From the human T2T-CHM13v2.0 reference genome, Homo sapiens, in the NCBI RefSeq assembly GCF_009914755.1, contig NC_060937.1: 64,000 nucleotides of DNA, one strand, 5' to 3'. Every line of letters begins with the position of its first letter. The first letter of the stretch is position 1. The position numbers and the translations under genes were made by a program. Positions 25,020-50,370 of the stretch are shown piece by piece. Below the pieces are notes generated by a model. That model worked only from the letters and a program-made list of their open reading frames with translations, had not been told where the DNA came from and searched no databases.

Positions 25020-25850
25020 ATTAATTCACTTAAATAATCATTTAGCACTTAAAATGTATTAGGCAATATTCTATAAGCACAGGAAATACAGCAGTGAGCA
25101 AAACAAAGTTCATTGCCTTCCTTCACGGAGCTGATATTTTAGTGGGGATAAGGGAGAAGACAGTCAAACAAATAGGTAGAATTTATAGGTTGTCAGAAGA
25201 CGTTAAGTTTTATGGAAAAAAATAAAGCCATGGAAGGGACGGGAAGGGCTGGGTTGGATTATTTTAAGTGGGGCCATCAGAGAAGGCCTCAGTGAGCTGA
25301 TGTTTGAATAGAATCTTAAAGGAAATAAGAATGCAAAGGCAGACATTTGGGGAAAGAGTATTGCTGATGCAGGGAACAGTGAGTGCAAAAGCCCCGAGGC
25401 AGGAATGTGCTTAGCATGTTCATAGAACTGAAAGGGCTAGTGTGGCAGGAGCTGAGTTATGGAGAAAACATCATAAGAGAAGTAGCGTGGGGAGTCAGAT
25501 TGTGCAGGGCCTTGTAGACCAGTGTGAGATCTTTTGCCTTTTACTCTGGATTAGATGAGAGTCCTTTGGGGGCTTTTGAGTGGAGTACTGGCTTTATCTG
25601 ACCAAGACTCTCAAACTCTCATGCTGGCTGCTGTGTTGAGACTAGAATGAAGGAGATCAAGGAAGAAGCAGGCATGTTAGTTAAGATAATATTAGCAGGG
25701 TGACAGATGATTTGAAGCATGATAGGCATCAGAGAAATGTTGAAGTAATTCTGCATATGTTGAGGCAGAGCCCAAAAGATTTGTTGAGGGATGTGGCATG
25801 TGAGAAAAAGAGGATTCGTAGTTCACACCAGGTTCAATGACCAGTAAAGA
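25020..25850 (-). mobile_element. LINE-2 3' fragment, flanked by old LTR33-like remnants
   Basis: L2 hallmarks: attcacttaa...gaaatacagcagtgagcaaaacaaag, agagaaggcctc.gtgag, gtgcaaaagcccc, gtgcagggccttgtag. Confidence 0.8.
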
Positions 25851-25920
25851 TGAAGTATATTTGTTCATGAACATCTATTTTATTTGGAATTAAAAACCTT
25901 TCCTGGAAGCCCTTAGCAGA

Positions 25921-31251
<5,331 letters not shown>

Positions 31252-31259
31252 TCAGGCAC

Positions 31260-32010
31260 AATGTGATATCATTTATAAATATTAGAGAATGTAGTTCTAA
31301 AAAGTGAAGACTTAAGAAAAACCTAATACCACCATCATACTCAAAAAAAAAAATTGACAGTTAAATCCATAATATCATCAAATATTCTATGTTCAGGTAA
31401 ACATGTCTCAGTTTTTAAAAGTATTTGAATAAGGCTTACATATTGCGATTAAGTCTCTTAATCTGTAGGTTACCACCTTCCTTTTTATTCTCGCACTTTA
31501 TTTGTTAAAGAAATGGGTTATTTGCCCTGTTGAGTTCCCGTAGTCAGGATTTTGCTGATTCCTGAGATTCAATACCAGGTTTATCCCTGATATTTCTCTA
31601 TTTTCTGTATTTCCAAATGAGTAGTTGGAACCAGAGGCTTGGTCAGAGTCAGGTTCAGTCTTATTTTACAAGACTGCTTTGTAGTTGTGGTGCATTCGTT
31701 CATCAGGAGGCACAAAATGTGATTGTCTCTTTTTGTGACACTAGCAACTGTTGGTGACTAATGCCTAGATCCATTGATTCATTAAGGGTTGTAAAATGAT
31801 AATGTTCTAGTTGTGTTACTCCTTTATTTTATTATCTGGAATACTGTTTTATAAAAAGAAAAGTTTCCATCACCTCTTACTTGGTTGCCCAGTGTAACTG
31901 TTCATATGGGAAAGGCAGAATAAATGTTTGCTTGTTTACCTTTCTTTACCAGTTTCCAGTGTAGTCAGTAGGTTCACTGTATTTTCCAGCTGTGATTAAT
32001 AAATTTTTAA
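31260..32010 (-). mobile_element. Ancient L1MC-type 3' fragment
   Basis: Resembles the L1MC4/5 3' UTR (ggcttggtcagagtcaggttc, catcaggaggcacaaaatg, ggaaaggcagaataaatg). Confidence 0.65.
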
Positions 32011-32114
32011 AACTATTATTTTTAATGTATCTGTTACTGTATAGGACAGTATCTGGAAATACCCAAAGACAAGATCTCTAAAGAAGTCATTGGCTAGTGG
32101 TGGATCAGTGCAGT

Positions 32115-33637
32115 GTGGTGGTGGTGGTAGCGGTGGTGGTGGTGGTGGTGGTGGTGGTGGTGATGGTGGTGATGGTGGTGGTGGTGGTGATGCTGGTGGT
32201 GGTGGTGGTAGTGGTGATGGTGGTGGTGGTGATAGTGGTAGTGGTGGTGGTGGTGGTAGTGGTGGTGGTGGTAGTGGTGGTGGTGGTAGTGGTGATGGTA
32301 GTGGTGGTGGTGGTGGTGGTCGTGGTGGTAGTGATGGTGGTAGTGGTGGTGGTGGTGGTGGTGGTCATGGTTTTAGTGGTGATAGTGGTGGTGGTGGTGG
32401 TGATGGTGGTGGTACTGGTGGTGGTAGTGGTGGTGGTGGTGGTGATGATGGTGGTAGTGATGGTGGTAGTGATGGTGGTAGTGGTGGTGGTGGTTTTGGT
32501 GGTAGTGGTGGTGGTGGTGGTAGTGGTGGTGGTGGTGGTGGTGATGGTGGTGGTGGTAGTGGTAGTGGTGGTGGTGGTGGTGGTCGTGGTTTTAGTGGTG
32601 ATGGTGGTGGTGGTGATGATGGTGCTGGTGCTGGGGGTGGTGGTGGGAGTGGTAATGGTGGTAGTGGTGGTAGTGATGGTGGTAGTGGTGGTGGTGGTGG
32701 TGGTAGTGGTGGTGGTAGTGGTGGTGGTGGTGGTAGTGGTGGTGGTGGTGGTGGTGGTAGTGGTGGTGGTGGTGGTAGTGGTGATGGTGGTGGTGGTGGT
32801 GGTAGTGGTGGTGGTAGTGGTGGTGGTGGTGGTAGTGGTGATGGTGGTGGTGGTGGTGGTAGTGGTGGTGGTAGTGGTGGTGGTGGTGGTGGTGGTGGTG
32901 GTGATGGTGGTGGTGGTGGTAGTGGTGGTGGTAGTGGTGGTGGTGGTGGTAGTGGTGGTGGTGGTGGTGGTGGTAGTGGTGGTGGTGGTGGTAGTGGTGA
33001 TGGTGGTGGTGGTGGTGGTAGTGGTGGTGGTGGTAGTGGTGGTGGTGGTGGTGATGGTGGTGGTGGTGGTAGTGGTGGTGGTGGTGGTAGTGGTGATGGT
33101 GGTGGTGGTGGTGGTAGTGGTGGTGGTGGTAGTGGTGGTGGTGGTGGTGGTGGTGGTGGTGGTAGTGGTAGTGGTGATGGTGGTGGTGGTGGTGGTAGTG
33201 GTGGTGGTAATAGTGGTGGTGGTGGTGGTGATGGTGGTGGTGGTGGTAGTGGTGGTGGTGGTGGTAGTGGTGATGGTGGTGGTGGTGGTGGTAGTGGTGG
33301 TGGTGGTAGTGGTGGTGGTGGTGGTGGTGGTGGTGGTGGTAGTGGTAGTGGTGATGGTGGTGGTGGTGGTAGTGGTGGTGGTGGTGGTCGTGGTTTTAGT
33401 GGTGGTGGTGATGGTGGTGGTGCTGGTGGTGGTGGTAGTGGTGGTGGTGGTAGTGGTGGTGGTAGTGGTGGTGGTAGTGGTGGTGGTGGTAGTGGTGGTG
33501 GTAGTGGTGGTGGTAGTGGTGGTGGTGGTGGTAGTGGTAGTGGTGGTGGTGGTGGTGGTGGTGGTGGTGGTGGTGGTAGTGGTGGTGGTGGTGGTTGTGG
33601 TTTTAGTGGTGATGGTGGTGGTGGTGGTAGTGATGGT
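32115..33637 (+). repeat. ~1.5-kb interrupted (GGT)n trinucleotide array adjoining an antisense L2 remnant (to ~33990)
   Basis: About 500 triplets with AGT/GAT/GCT/CGT/TTT variants; register unbroken, as shown by three open frames. Confidence 0.98.
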
Positions 33638-36600
33638 GTTATGCACAGGGGGGATAATACAGCAGAGGCATTAAGCTTGAAATCAGGAAAGAGCTCTGGA
33701 GTTATCCTTGAGCTGTGTTTTGAAGGTTGAGTAGCAGTTTGCTATTGGAGGAGGTAGAGGTTACTTTTCAGGCAGAGGGAGCAGCATGTGCAAAGGCTCT
33801 GAGATGTGAGAGTTTGTTAATGAAGAAATTTGGTAGGGCTGGAAGCTCAGTGAGCTTGGTGCGAGAGAGTCAAGAGATGAGGCTTTAGAAGTAGTATGGG
33901 TTTTAAGTCATTCCAAGGAATAGTTTTGATTTAACTCTGAAGGCCATGGAGAGACATTGAAAGGTTTTATCCAAGTGAATGATGGAAGGAGCAAACTGTG
34001 GAACCCTTGGGGCAGCACTGAGAAGAGCGACTCATGATGCCCCTTTTCTGAACTGCTTATACAGATTTGATTCTCATTCTTGGCATTACTCCTGATTCCT
34101 CCTTCGTTTACATGCACACGCACCTACACACACACAAAGACACACAGAGACACACGTCTGCCTCTCGGATCTCCTTCTAGAGTCTTAGTTCTTGTTTTTT
34201 CAGAATTTGGGCAACTAACAAGGCTAGAAAGGAGGCCATCTAAAAAAGCGATTGGTGTTGAAAAGTTGCTGCTCCCGTCCTAGCAGCACAACTCTTCACT
34301 TCATAGTAATGGGAGTAATGACGATGATGAGTGTGGACAACTAATGAGCACTTAACTGTAGTACCAGGGACTATTCTCAGAATTCATTAGTGTGACAACC
34401 CTCTAAGGTAGGGTCTGTTATCCCCATTATACAGATGTGGCAGAAACGGCAGGGAGAAGTTAAGTGACTTGCTTAAGGTAATAAACGTAGTAAGAAGCAG
34501 AGGTGGAATTGAACCTGAACAGTTTGCATCTAGAGTTCATGCTCATAACATTCTATTTATTGCCTTTCTGGTTTTATGACCCCCTTCTTATCTAAGTGTA
34601 TGCTCTGTGCCCCGCACATACAAACTAGTTCCCATAACATGTGTAATATAATCCCTCCTTTCCCAGGGTTTCCCGGCTTCCTATCCTTCCCCTTAGCTTT
34701 CTGTCATCAGTTTTTCCTAGGATTTCTGGTTCAGCCTATGTCAAAGTGAGAGTCACCAACATAGTTGATGATAAATACTGTTTGATTACAGGAATGTAGG
34801 AAGATGCGCAAGCATTCTACTAAAAATGCTTTTCCCACAGATAGAGTAAACCAAGGTTGTTTAGGTTTTGTAAGACTGGCATTCAACTATAAATAGGCCT
34901 TATGTATGTTTACTAAATCAGAAAACATTTAATATAGCTAAATTTTAAATAATCAACAACAGAAAATAAAAATATTTTGCCCCACCGTCTTAAGGTTACA
35001 AAGACTTAGAGGTATATTTTATTTACATGCATGCATACACACACACAAACACACAAACACAAATCATATATAGATGTGTAGAAAATATAGAAAAGTAGAA
35101 AAATGTATACAAATATTTGAAATACATTATGTGGAATCATGTTTGTATTTTTTTAGCTTAGGAAAGAAAGCCATTAAAAGACTTACATGTCAATAACCAT
35201 GATACTATAGGATTTTAGTAGTTGCAGAGTATTACATTACTTAAATAAATGATTCATGGAATAGTCTTTTTTTATTGGACAAGGGATTTTCCCCTCCCCC
35301 TCAATCTTTGAGAGTTAGAAACAATGCAGAGATGAGTGTCTTTATAGTTAAACCTTTGTACATTTCATAATTTACTCATGATAAATTTTCAAGTTGAATT
35401 CCTAGGCCAAAGGGTATACAGATTTTAAAGACTTTCAATGTTGGCAGATATCACTGTAGGATAATTATACCAATTTATACTCTTAACAGTAATATATGAG
35501 TGTATATATTTACCTATTCCTTGCCAGTTCTGGAAATTGTGAATTTAACAGAATCTTCCAAAAAGCATTGAAAATTGGTCTGGGAATGTAAATATCCTTT
35601 TCTTCCCCATTCAGCTTACTAATGAATCTATCATAATCTCAGCTGTCTGAATCTAAAAGAGAACCAGTAAAATTGAGATAACAAGTTTATTGCAAAATAA
35701 ATGACCTGAAAGCCACAGGCATTGGGTGAGGTAGGAGAAGGGCAGGTAGTGGTGACTGAGGTGACTCTGTGTTTGGGTTTTTGAAAAGATTGTAGATTTG
35801 AAGGATAATGAGTTCAGAGAAGTAGAAAGGCAAATAGGGGCTGTTATAAATAAGGACAGTGGCATGAGCCAACGGGGTTATCTCTCATATTTAAAGAACA
35901 TGGCTAGATCTGGTTTCCCTATAAGTTGATTCCTTACTGTTATTCTGAGTTGAATGCATATCTTTTGTCTCAGTGAAGCCTGAATGGCTTTTGATGTCTC
36001 TGATCTGGAAAGGTTGTTTGTGTATCTCAGAATAAGTCATTTTGCTAAAAAAGGCTACTCCTGAGGGAGAGCAGTGGAAAAAAGAGTTGGAAAAGTGGAT
36101 TGTAGCTAGTTGAAAAAAGGATTTGAATGTCAAGCTTTAGGAATTAGGTTCTTATTTGGTATGTTACAGGCAACCATATGGACTTTTGAGCAGGTGAAAA
36201 GTACAGTATTAATGGGTAGGGATAGCTTGGGAGGGAAGGAGACATGGACATTGAGCTTCAGAAAAACCAGTTAGTAAAATGTTTCAGATAATACATTGGT
36301 AATAGAAAAAGATCCATTGAAATGTGAGGCATTCACATGGAAAGAACTGGCAGAATGTGGTAATTAACAGCTATAAGGACCCCAAAATAAAAGGAGTAAT
36401 CAAACATCACTCAAAGCTTTTAGCACAGTTTTTGAGAACAGTGTCAGAAGGAGAAGACAACTTTGTTCCTAAAAGTTATATTGTAAAATAAATGTAGCTT
36501 ATACATTTTTGAAAGTGAAATCTCAGGATTCATGGTATCATTACTTCTACTTGCCAAATTATTAAAATGGTGTTATATTTCTTAAGATATTTTAAAGCCT

Positions 36601-36686
36601 CTATTGTAGAACAGAAATAGTAGAAAATGGAACTAATGTTTATTAACAGTTACTATGGAAGAGGGAATAGAAATGTGTTGCTCTTG

Positions 36687-36928
36687 AACAGGTTTATTCA
36701 GCTTTGGCACTATTGACATTTTGGGCTAGCTAATTCCTTGTCACGGGCAGTATGTCCTGTGTGTAGGATGTTAAGCAGCATTTCTGGCCTCCACCCACTA
36801 GATATAGTAGCACACCCGCGCCCCTCCCCTCCTCCCTGCCCCCGTGACAACCAAAAATGTCTTTAGACATTGCCAGATGTCCCTTGGGCAGCAAAAATTG
36901 CTCCCTCTCCCCAGTTAAGAGCCATAGT
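36687..36928. mobile_element. MER20 hAT DNA transposon
   Basis: ggcactattgacattttggg...gtgacaaccaaaaatgtct..agacattgccagatgtccc. Confidence 0.88.
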
Positions 36929-37440
36929 TCTAGAGTACAGAATTAGTACCACTAAATAAAAGTTATTGGTGTGTTTAGAACAGTGCCTAGCACATAGCTG
37001 GTACTCAAATATTTGTTGAATAAATGAGTAGTCAGATTTTCATTGTGAATTAAAAACAGAACAAAACTTGATGTCTGACCTTTCAAGTTGCTTTTACAAA
37101 AGAAATGGGATGTCCATTGAACATCTGTTTTAGATCTGATTTCCCAATCTGGATTATTAAAATGAGGAGGCTATTTTTTCCCAGTATATAAATGATTCTA
37201 ATACTTTTTGCTGTAAAACTTTTGGAGTCTCTCTGCTAAATTATGTTCCAGTTTCTTAGCTTGGGATTCAAGTCATAAATATACTAGGTCTGTCTTACCT
37301 TTCAATGCTTTTATTTGTTCCCTTTTGAACATGGCTGAATTTTACCTTTCTGTCTCCCTGCCCGCCATTCTTGCTACCCCTCCTTCCTTTTTCCACTCTC
37401 ATCTTTTTCCCATTTTCCAGTCTGTAAATCCTACCTATCC

Positions 37441-39243
<1,803 letters not shown>

Positions 39244-39844
39244 TTAACTACATATTTTTTACATCTGCACAGTGTTTTGGAAAAAGTGGTTCAACTGAAA
39301 GAATGAAAAGTTGGGGGCAGAATTTGCTTTAAAAAAAAATTAAAAAAAGGGCATTGAAAAAAGTTTCAGTGGTGTTGGGAGGGCCTTGGAACAAGGAGTG
39401 AATGGAAGATGAGGGAGTGGAGGGAGGCCATGTATGGACTCTTTCTACAGACCAGGCTGTTGAAGGAGAGAGGGCTAACAGGAAATGAAGTGCAGGGGGA
39501 AGTTTTTTGAAGATGGGAGAAAGAAGACAACTTTTATATATTTCATTTCATTTGATTCCTTATAAATTTGTAAGGAAGATAGAGCTTGTATTATGTCAGT
39601 GAAGTTGAAAATAGAGTACAGAAAAATTAAGATACAGCACCCCCAAAACTGAGAACTTCTGACATAATACACTGTTGGAAATATTTATTTCAGAGTGAAG
39701 AAAATATTGGAAGTTAGGCTTGTTAATTGGTCTGCATGGTTCATAATTACTCTTTCTTATTAACTATTTAAGGAACATGAGACCAGGAAGTTAAATACCC
39801 AGGTATATGCAGATGTATATCTAGAATTGGTACCAAAGTAAATA

Positions 39845-41448
39845 CAGGCATACCTTGGAGATACTGTAGGTTCCATTATAGACTACCACAATAAAGTGAA
39901 TATCACCATAAAGCAAGGCACACAAATATTTTGATTTACCAGTGTATGTAAATATTATGTTTATATTCTACTGCAGTCTATTAAATGTTCAATAGCGTTA
40001 TATTTAAAAAAACAATGTGCATACTTTAATTTAAAAATACTTTATTGCTAAAAAATGCTACTGATCATCTGAGCTTTCAGTAAATTGTAAGATTTTTTGC
40101 TGATAGAGGATGTTGGTGGCTGCTGACTGATCCCAACAGTGATTGCTGAAGGTTGGGGTGCCTCTGGCAGTTTCTTACAATAAGACAACAATGAAGTTTG
40201 CTACATTGATTGCCTCTTTCTTTCATGAAAGATTTCTCTGTAGCACTTGATGCTGTTTGATAGCATTTTTTACCCAAAAGTAGAACTTTTTTTCAAAATT
40301 GTAGTCAGCTCAAACCCTGCCACTGCTTTAACAACTAAGGTTATATAGTATTCTAAATCCTTTGTTGTCATTCAATAATTTCACAGCCTTTTCACCAGGA
40401 GTAGTTTCCATCTTTAAGAAACCACTTTCTTGGGTCATCTGTAAGGAACAACTCCTAATCTGTGCAAGTTTTATCATGAGATTGCAGCAATTCAGTCACA
40501 TCTTCAGGCTCCACTTCTAATTCTCTTGCTGTTTCCACTACATCTGCAGTAACTTCCTCCACTTGAGTCTTGAACCTCTCAAAGTCATCCATGAGAGTTG
40601 GAGTCAACTTCTTCCAAACACCTGTTCATGTTGATATTTTGACTTCCTCTCATGAATTATGAATGTTCTTAATGACATCCACGGTGGTGAAATCTTTCCA
40701 AAAGGTTTTCAGTTTATTTTGCCCAAATCTGCTACAGGAATCACTTTTTTTTTTTTTTGAGACAGAGTCTCTCTTTGTCGGCCTGGCTGGAGTGCAGTGG
40801 TGTGATCTTGGTTTACTGCAACCTCTGCCTCCTGGTTCAAGAGATTCTCCTGACTCAGCCCCCCGAGTATCTGGGACTACAGGTGTGTGCCACCACGCCT
40901 GGCTAATTTTTGTATTTTTAGTAGAGATGGGGTTTTGCCATGTTGGCTAGGGTGTTCTCGAACTCCCAGCTTCAAGTGATCCTTCTGCCTTGGCGTCCCA
41001 GAGTGCTGGGATTACAGGCATTAGCCGCCATGCCTGGCCGAAATGTATTTCTTAAACAGTAAGACTTAAAAATTGAAATTACTCATTGATGCATGGGCTG
41101 CAGGATAGATGTTGTATTGTACCTGCAGGCATGAAAGTAACATTCTTCTTTCTGAACATATCCATCAAAGCCCTCGAATGACATGGTCCATTGTTAGTGA
41201 GTGCTAATATTTTGAAATGAATGTTTTTTCCTTAGCAGTAGGTCTTGACAGTGGACTGAAAATATTCAGTAAGCCAACCTCTAAACAGATGTGCTGTCAT
41301 CCAGGAGACTGTTGTTCCATATGTAGACAGCAAGCAGATTAGATATAGCATAATTCTTAAGAGCTCTAGGACTTTTTGAGTGGCAAATGAGCATTAGCTT
41401 CAACGTCAAGTTACCAGCTGCATTAGCCCCTAACAAGAGACTCAGTTT

Positions 41449-41501
<53 letters not shown>

Positions 41502-42208
41502 AAGGAGACAAGAGTCTCACCTTGTTGTCCAGGCTGGCCTTGAACTCCTGGGCTCAAGTGATTCTCTCACCTTGGCCTCTCAAAGTGCTGGAATAACAGG
41601 TGTGGCCCCAGCCTGATCTTTGAAGCAAGGCATTGATTTTCCCTCTCTAGCTGTGAAAGTCCTAGATGGCATCTTCTTCTAATGGAAGGCTCTTTTGTCT
41701 ACATAAAACATCTTGTTTAGTATAGCCACCTCCAGCAATGATCTTAGATAGATATTCTGGATAACTTGCTACAGCTTCCATGTCAGCACTTGCTGCTTCA
41801 CTTTCCACTTTTATGTTATGACAAGAGCATTTTTCCTCATGAGCCAACCTTTACTTGCTTCCAGTTTTTCTTCTGCAGTTTTCTCACCTCTCTCAGCCTT
41901 CATAGAACTGAAAAAGGTTAGAGCCTTGCTGTGGATTAGGCTTTTTGCCTAAGGGAATGTTGTGGCTGGTTTGATCTTCCATATGGACCACTAAAACTTT
42001 CTTCATATTAGCAATAAGATTGTTTCATGTTCACTGACATAGTGCTTTTAATTTTATTCAAGAATTTTTCGTTTACATTCATAATTGGCTGAGTGGTACA
42101 AGAGGCCTAGTTTTAGGCCTTTCTCACTTTTTGATATTCCTTCCCCACTAAGATTAATCATTTGTAGCTTTTCAGTTAAAGTGAGAGGCATGTGACTTTT
42201 CCTTTCCC
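39845..42208 (-). mobile_element. Tigger1 (pogo/TcMar) DNA transposon lacking one end, interrupted by an Alu (40745-41039) and an Alu monomer (41447-41613)
   Basis: TA + CAGGCATACCT TIR at 39843. Minus-strand transposase remnant [34 protein letters not shown] (41662-41847). Confidence 0.92.
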
Positions 42209-42209
42209 T

Positions 42210-43680
42210 GAATTGTTTGGGCATTATATATTACTTCTGTTGCACTACAGTGTCAGAGTTGGTTGCTGCAGAGAGCACATATATTTCAAATTGCTGCTCT
42301 GCATGCTACAAATCACAATGACATAGTTACTGTTTGTCAGTATGTGTGTGTGTGTGTGCACCACACATATTGCCCTGGCATCTTATTTATTTCTCTCATT
42401 ACCAGTGCATACCTACCTATCATGTTAAAACAAGAAAGGGAGAAAAGTGGACTTTATATGTAACACTTTAGAGGCATAGTGGAATGTATATTATTATTAA
42501 CAAATTAGATAGCAAAGCATTATATTTGTTATGCTAGAAGACTATGGCTGTGCTAAAAGAATATAATATATGTCAACATTGCCAGACTGGGCACTTCTCA
42601 CAATATTCCCAACCAACAGGAATAAAACTAAAGGTCAGAAAAAAAAAAGTAAATTAAAACAAAATTTTATCACAGCAGAATTTCTTCTCAAAAACAAAAA
42701 ATGGAAATTAGGCTATAATTAAAGTAAGTTTTTCAATGGCTTGTTAGCCAAGCAAGGAAAACCATTACCAACAGTAGTTAATTAAATTATGTTTTATTAT
42801 GGTAACCAAAGATGTGTCCATAGAAAATAAACTTTAAAAAAGACTATTAGCCTTTCAGCAAGAGTAATTGCTCTAAAAGTTAAGGACATTGGGAGTAATA
42901 TCAAGTCATTTTGGAAAGAAGGGTGAATGATTTTTCATGGTTTTCTTAGGCTTTTGATGGATGAATAGGTGTTACCAGTACTGTTCAGTTGTTACATATT
43001 CCAGAAGTCAGTGCTGAGTTTGAAGTGATTGAAGAATTAGTATTTATGCATAGTCTATGTGAAACAACTACAAGAGAAAATATTTTCAGAAAAGTTGAGC
43101 AAACACTAACTTAGTACAACCTGAAGTGGAATCCGCTAAGATGCGTTACAGTTGATAGTGGCAAAAATAACTGTGGAGCAGAAAGACTTGAGTTGGACAA
43201 ATTTACAAAGCTTGTTAAATGTCAGGTGTTTAAAGCCTGATTATTTATTGTATTATTTATTAGCAGGTACTTTGCAGAAAATATTTAAATCTGTCATGTT
43301 TTAGTGAACTATTATATAATAGTGTCAGCAGTGATTTTGACTTGCATTTGTGGACTTCATCATCATCAAATCCTATGAATTTTTGTTAGATATAGAGGCA
43401 GAATATACTGAATTGCCATTATACAGAGCAATTTAATGACTTGGCAGTGGTAAAGTTTTATTTCAGTTTTTTGCGCTGAGGAATGAGATTGAAATTTTTC
43501 TGAATAATATTGCCCTCAACTGTTAAGTCAAATGCTTAATAGCTTTGAAAGTTGGCTTTTCCTATAGATTTCATAATATTTTGTAACAAATTCACCTAAA
43601 ATTACAAGGCAGAACAGTGATTATAAGTGAACCTTATACTGTGGTAAGGTCACTTCTACAAGAATAATGAATCATGAAAA
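42210..43680 (+). mobile_element. Decayed hAT/Charlie-type transposase fragment (GTF2IRD2/EPM2AIP1-like clade)
   Basis: Conceptual motifs KALYLLC..MAVLKEYNICQH, VTVDSGKNNCG, CIIY*QVLC and *LGSGKVL resemble the hAT BED/catalytic motifs; heavily disrupted. Confidence 0.7.
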
Positions 43681-44071
43681 TCAAGAGAAAGAACAAATAG
43701 TAGGAAAATATCTTCCAATTCCTTTTGGCCCTTCATATTTCCACCTAAACTCATAAGCTTTTAAAAAGATAATTATTATTTATACTTAAAAAGATAATAT
43801 AGGATAATATTTTTGTAAAAGAGTTCTTGAGATACAGCACTGAATATAAAGAAAATATTGGAGCATTCAACTACATTTGAGAAATAACTTCTGTTTATTA
43901 AAAGATACTGTAAGAATGAAAGCACAAGCCCTAATGAATATTCCTGTTTGATACTAAACCAAAGCTTGAGAAGTGGTAGTTTCTCAAGTTTTTCAAGTGG
44001 TTTGGTGCAATCTGAAGACTGCAATCCCATCAATGAACTTTATATCTTTACCCTTTAAAATTATAATTTAT

Positions 44072-44360
44072 GGGCTGGGCGCAGTGGTTCACGCCTGTAA
44101 TCCCAGCACTTTGGGAGGCTGAAGCGGGTGGATCACGAGGTCAGGAGCTCAAGACCAGCCTGGCCAAGATTGTGAAACCCCGTCTCTACTAAAAATACAA
44201 AAATTAGCCTGGCATTATAGCAGTCACCTGCAATCCCACCTATGGGGGAGGCCAAGACAGAGAATCGCTTGAATCCAGGAGGTGGAGGTTGCAATGAGCC
44301 GAGATTGTGCCACTGCACTCCAGCGTGGGTGACAGAGTGAGACTCCATCTCAGACAAAAA

Positions 44361-44415
<55 letters not shown>

Positions 44416-44823
44416 GACTACCTTGCAATTTCAGGGGATCTTTTACCCATATATGATTTTATTAGATTACTAAGTGGTCTTTGGAAAATATTGATTCACT
44501 GAGGGATCCAGATATTCCAACTATTGATACGGTTGTTTTTGTTTGTTTGTTTTGTTTTGTTTGAGACAGAATCTCACTCTGTTGCCCAGGCTGGAATGCA
44601 GTGGTGAGATCTCAGCTCACTTCCATCTCCTGGGTTCAGGTGATGCTCATGCCTCAGCCTCCTGAGTAGCTGGGACTATAGGCATGCACCACCAGGCCCA
44701 GCTAATTTTCATATTTTTAGTAGAGATGGGGTTTCACTATGTTGGCTAGGCTGGTCTTGAACTCCTGACCTCCAGTGATCCCAAAGTGCTGGGATTACAA
44801 GTGTGAGCCACCTTACCTAGTCC
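44072..44823. mobile_element. Alus + 44072-44369 (with (AT)n tail to 44407) and - 44535-44823
   Basis: Alu consensus matches. Confidence 0.92.
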
Positions 44824-45410
44824 TACATATTTTTAATAAATAACAAAATTCACATTTGTTATAATCGACTGATCTCATCAGAAAAGTCTTTAAGTATTGG
44901 AATCAGTTAAGCTTACATTGTTGGTTGTAAGTTTTTCAAATCTTCTTATTGTCCACTCATGTTCTAAGTTGTTTTCCTTGAAGTGACAGGCTCACTTTAT
45001 TCATTTTTGAAGAAATATGTCAGAAAATCAAGTTTTAATAATTGTGGTTTGTTAGTTGTTCTTACATGTAAAAACAGTGTTCCATGAAAAAGCAGTTATT
45101 TCAGTTTATAAATCACATGATCACAAATTCTTTCCTCAAGAAAAACTATGGTGTAACAATTATTTTATGCTTTATTTCTCGTTTTGTCACATAGATAATT
45201 AAAAGATGTGTATTCATGGATCAAGACTTAAAACATTAAAGATTTTTGCTGCTTCATCAGTGATATTCTCAATGATACTCTACATTATTTTTACTGTAGT
45301 TGTAGTGCTAGTTGAGAATGTGACAACTTCTAATACAGCTTGGTGCCAGCTGCCTTCAGTTTTGGAAATGCATCAACAGTATTACCCACCATAGCTTTTG
45401 CACCATGTAA
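44410..45410 (-). mobile_element. Charlie1-like hAT transposon fragment
   Basis: gatctcatcagaaaagtctttaagtattgg, gttgttttccttgaagtgacaggctcac and tacccaccatagcttttgcaccat match the recalled Charlie1 consensus. Confidence 0.78.
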
Positions 45411-45439
45411 CAATTTTTGCTTCAATTGTTAAACATTAT

Positions 45440-50370
<4,931 letters not shown>

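Noticed and set aside
32090-33730. 546-aa Gly-rich, 525-aa poly-Val and 513-aa poly-Thr ORFs
   Set aside because: These follow automatically from a stop-free (GGT)n array. Third positions are almost invariant, the Gly frame has no ATG start, and the array is intronic and adjoins L2. It is not loricrin, keratin or mucin.
42480-43680. Domesticated transposase gene (GTF2IRD2/ZBED-like)
   Set aside because: No ORF of 60 aa or more over the catalytic region; multiple stops.
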